From an uncultured Candidatus Peribacteria bacterium (GTDB lineage: Bacteria; Patescibacteriota; Gracilibacteria; Peribacterales; Peribacteraceae), in NCBI GenBank assembly GCA_964448615.1, contig CAYUWH010000001.1, positions 54,146-103,401 on the forward strand: DNA of 49,256 nucleotides, read 5' to 3'. Below, piece by piece: positions 48,301 through 49,256 of this stretch (within the stretch, counting starts at the first letter, position 1; each line of letters opens with the position of its first letter). A program made the position numbers and the translations under genes. The notes beneath the pieces were generated by a model. It saw only the letters and a program-made list of their open reading frames with translations. It was not told where the DNA came from and did not search any database.

Positions 48301-49130
48301 ACATTGCAACGGTCGGCGATCACACGCGTGTTGGTGAGCGCTTCGGGCACATGCGCGAAGGCCTTCTCCATTTCCTCGAACGGGCGCATCGAGAAATCGG
48401 TGTCTCGCATGCTGAAGCGTCCGGGGTCGTTGATGTTTGCGGCTTTTTGAATGCAGAGCAAAATGTCATGGGCCTCGGCGTCATCGGTACGACAGTAGTG
48501 ACTATTGCAACTCGCGACGACGGGAACGTTCAATTCCGTTCCCCATTTGATCAATTGTTGATTCACTTCGGCCTGGCCCGTGACATTCGGGAGATCCATC
48601 AATTCGAAATAGAGATTGTCGTGTCCGAAGAATCCGCGATAGTCCTCCACAAGTTTTTTGATTCTGTCGCCGTCTTCCATCAATGCTGCCTGGGGGATTG
48701 CACCCGAAATCGGTCCTGAGAGCGCGATCAATCCCTTGCCGTATTTCGTGAGGAGTTCGGCATCGACACGCGGTTTGTAGTACATGCCTTCGAGCGCGGA
48801 GAGCGTCGCGAGTTCGAGCAGATTCTGGTATCCCTCCTGATTCTCCGCAAGAAGCGTGAGCGGGTAGCTCTTGGTATCCGTTCCGCTTTCTTTATCCATG
48901 CGTGTGCGCGCGGCAACGTAGACGGTCATGCCAAGAATGGGTTTGAGGCCGTGCTTCTGGGCATACTGATAAAACTCAATCAGGCCGTACACGTGTCCTT
49001 TGTCCGTTAAACCCACCGCGGTTTGCCCCAATTCTTTGGCACGTAGCACGATTTCCTCGGGGCTTGGTAGCGCCTCGAGAAGGGAGTACGTGCTATGGCA
49101 ATGGAGGTGGACAAAATCGTTGGGATTCAC
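45399..49130 (-). CDS. dnaE: DNA polymerase III alpha subunit
   Basis: It has the PHP domain (HLHCHSTYSLL), the polymerase core, HhH and OB domains. A C-terminal extension of about 190 aa contains a translated hairpin repeat. Confidence 0.95.
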   Translation of the reverse strand: MNPNDFVHLHCHSTYSLLEALPSPEEIVLRAKELGQTAVGLTDKGHVYGLIEFYQYAQKHGLKPILGMTVYVAARTRMDKESGTDTKSYPLTLLAENQEGYQNLLELATLSALEGMYYKPRVDAELLTKYGKGLIALSGPISGAIPQAALMEDGDRIKKLVEDYRGFFGHDNLYFELMDLPNVTGQAEVNQQLIKWGTELNVPVVASCNSHYCRTDDAEAHDILLCIQKAANINDPGRFSMRDTDFSMRPFEEMEKAFAHVPEALTNTRVIADRCNVAFEFGKNQIPRFPTPEGVSEEDYLTTLCKEGFKTKYGEGTPELLDRLEYELKIIKQVGFSGYFLIVQDFVNEAKRRGITVGPGRGSAAGSMVSYVLGITGVDPIPHGLLFERFLNPERISMPDIDLDFADNRRDEVLEYVREKYGSDRVVQICTFGTLAARAAVKDVGRSFGIPFLEMNTLAKLIPEKPGTKLKEALETDELKAAYNSNELYRKVIDNALKLEGKARHVSVHACGVIITPKPAVNYTAVQRAPKDEHVIITQFSAKPLESLGLLKMDFLGLMNLTVIQTSLKIIKATRGIELDITNIPLDDKKTFSLLQHGDTTGVFQLESGGMRRYLRQLKPTEFADITAMVSLYRPGPMEWIPSYVKRKHGKEEVKYVHDDLRPVLEPTYGIGVYQEQILQIAQVFAGFSLGEADLLRRAIGKKIKKELDAQRDKFLKGAVAKGYQQKLAEQIFDDVITPFAGYGFNKSHAVGYARIAYETAYLKANFPAEFMASLLSSDADDTDRIMIEIEECRAMGIDVLPPDVNESFSQFAAIPPKEEGGRWSIRFGLTAVKGVGESSVDLLIEERKKNGRFVSIEDFARRLPTKILNKKLIESMAKSGGLDSLAERRTLVEHYELVTDYNKGAGESASEQTDMFGMLGSAIETTTIEFPHTPPATPAQKLQWEKETLGMYVSSHPLAGLTKYISRKAQLIGNLTLKEVGKKITVAGIQEGIKKIRTKKGETMAILMLEDPTGKMEVTLFPRTYAENAAMIETPDTVLVVGGTVDLRMGQLQMRAETIKRSSLSGMVQRAKEDGTFDEEEAKRGISVMRKTLEEDDAIELTDEEGNVIAGEKVKLQTPDQGDDFFGPIAQWILKGCPMNDALKQLGLPLMAAETIDVQTPKLGVSASQESSISIHTIPLPARAPKQLLLDLKTIFQTFPGSEKVQLKIGEQVVPLPLTITMSPIVERQVEEAIAKHATSAV
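45631..45666. repeat. GTAGAGACG-family hairpin (copy 4) inside the dnaE reading frame
   Basis: The hairpin AGACGCCCAA-T-TTGGGCGTCT is followed by GTACATCAATGGTTT, the same tail as copy 3. It is translated as ETIDVQTPKLGVS. Confidence 0.8.
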
Positions 49131-49187
49131 GAACGTATCATATCATAAAATCCCAAAATTGGTCCTCGATATACACAAATTTATCGT

Positions 49188-49216
49188 GTAGAGACGTGCA
49201 AATTGCACGTCTCTAC
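49188..49216. repeat. GTAGAGACG palindromic hairpin repeat (copy 5)
   Basis: The sequence is GTAGAGACGTGCAA-A-TTGCACGTCTCTAC, located upstream of dnaE. Confidence 0.85.
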
Positions 49217-49256
49217 AAGGTGGAGACAATTATTTGCAAATCGTGAAATCCTACGT

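Noticed and set aside
1-49256. An alternative genetic code, with UGA or UAG reassignment as seen in some uncultivated lineages.
   Set aside because: Conserved genes (dnaE, mfd, aspS, pilB, rnj) are full-length and uninterrupted under the standard code. They terminate at TGA, TAA or TAG where homologues end.

Overview
This 49.3-kb bacterial window uses the standard genetic code, since long ORFs end at TGA, TAA and TAG. It is mostly housekeeping and cell-envelope genes with several small accessory insertions.

Gene content, left to right:
- A type IV pilus-like operon on the minus strand: a receiver-domain regulator, pilB and pilC, four pseudopilin-like genes of which two are unusually large, and a pilin truncated at the left edge.
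- An AT-rich Fic island, then recR and smpB.
- A Nudix gene, and a DUF559 endonuclease cassette bounded by about 55-bp inverted repeats.
- pilD, a cytidylyltransferase-like gene, and a 677-708 aa membrane protein.
- rnj, an NYN-domain gene, an M29 aminopeptidase, and pyrC-pyrB.
- A MOP-type flippase, an LPXTG/FN3 surface protein, and a ComEC-like MBL protein.
- An AT-rich Doc-like toxin/antitoxin island, and a GlmU-like nucleotidyltransferase.
- A DnaA-box cluster (candidate oriC) directly upstream of dnaN, then mfd.
- An orphan locus of 901, 119, 431 and 110 aa proteins.
- A GNAT (RimI-like) gene, a polytopic membrane protein, and tRNA-Leu(UAG).
- An E/K/R-rich protein, aspS, nrdR and dnaE.

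Features that ordinary annotation does not explain:
1. The 901-aa and 431-aa orphan proteins are paralogues. They share two sequence modules and a duplicated promoter carrying the same AAAACGCGTT palindrome.
2. The DUF559 cassette has two gene-less, MITE-like derivatives lying between essential genes.
3. There are at least four families of structured intergenic repeats:
   - A GTAGAGACG hairpin family with compensatory stem changes, including one copy in frame inside dnaE.
   - Inverted arrays of 8-9-nt tandem units.
   - A short GC-rich element fused into gene termini.
4. Four GC-rich monocistronic units with strong Shine-Dalgarno sites sit among genes that mostly lack an SD. Several of those have a -10 box 5-8 nt before the ATG (leaderless-like). 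Two of the four units are same-length 69-codon hydrophobic mini-proteins with identical architecture.

The taxon cannot be established without a database search. The gene content is compatible with an uncultivated small-genome bacterium such as CPR/Patescibacteria, but that is inference only.
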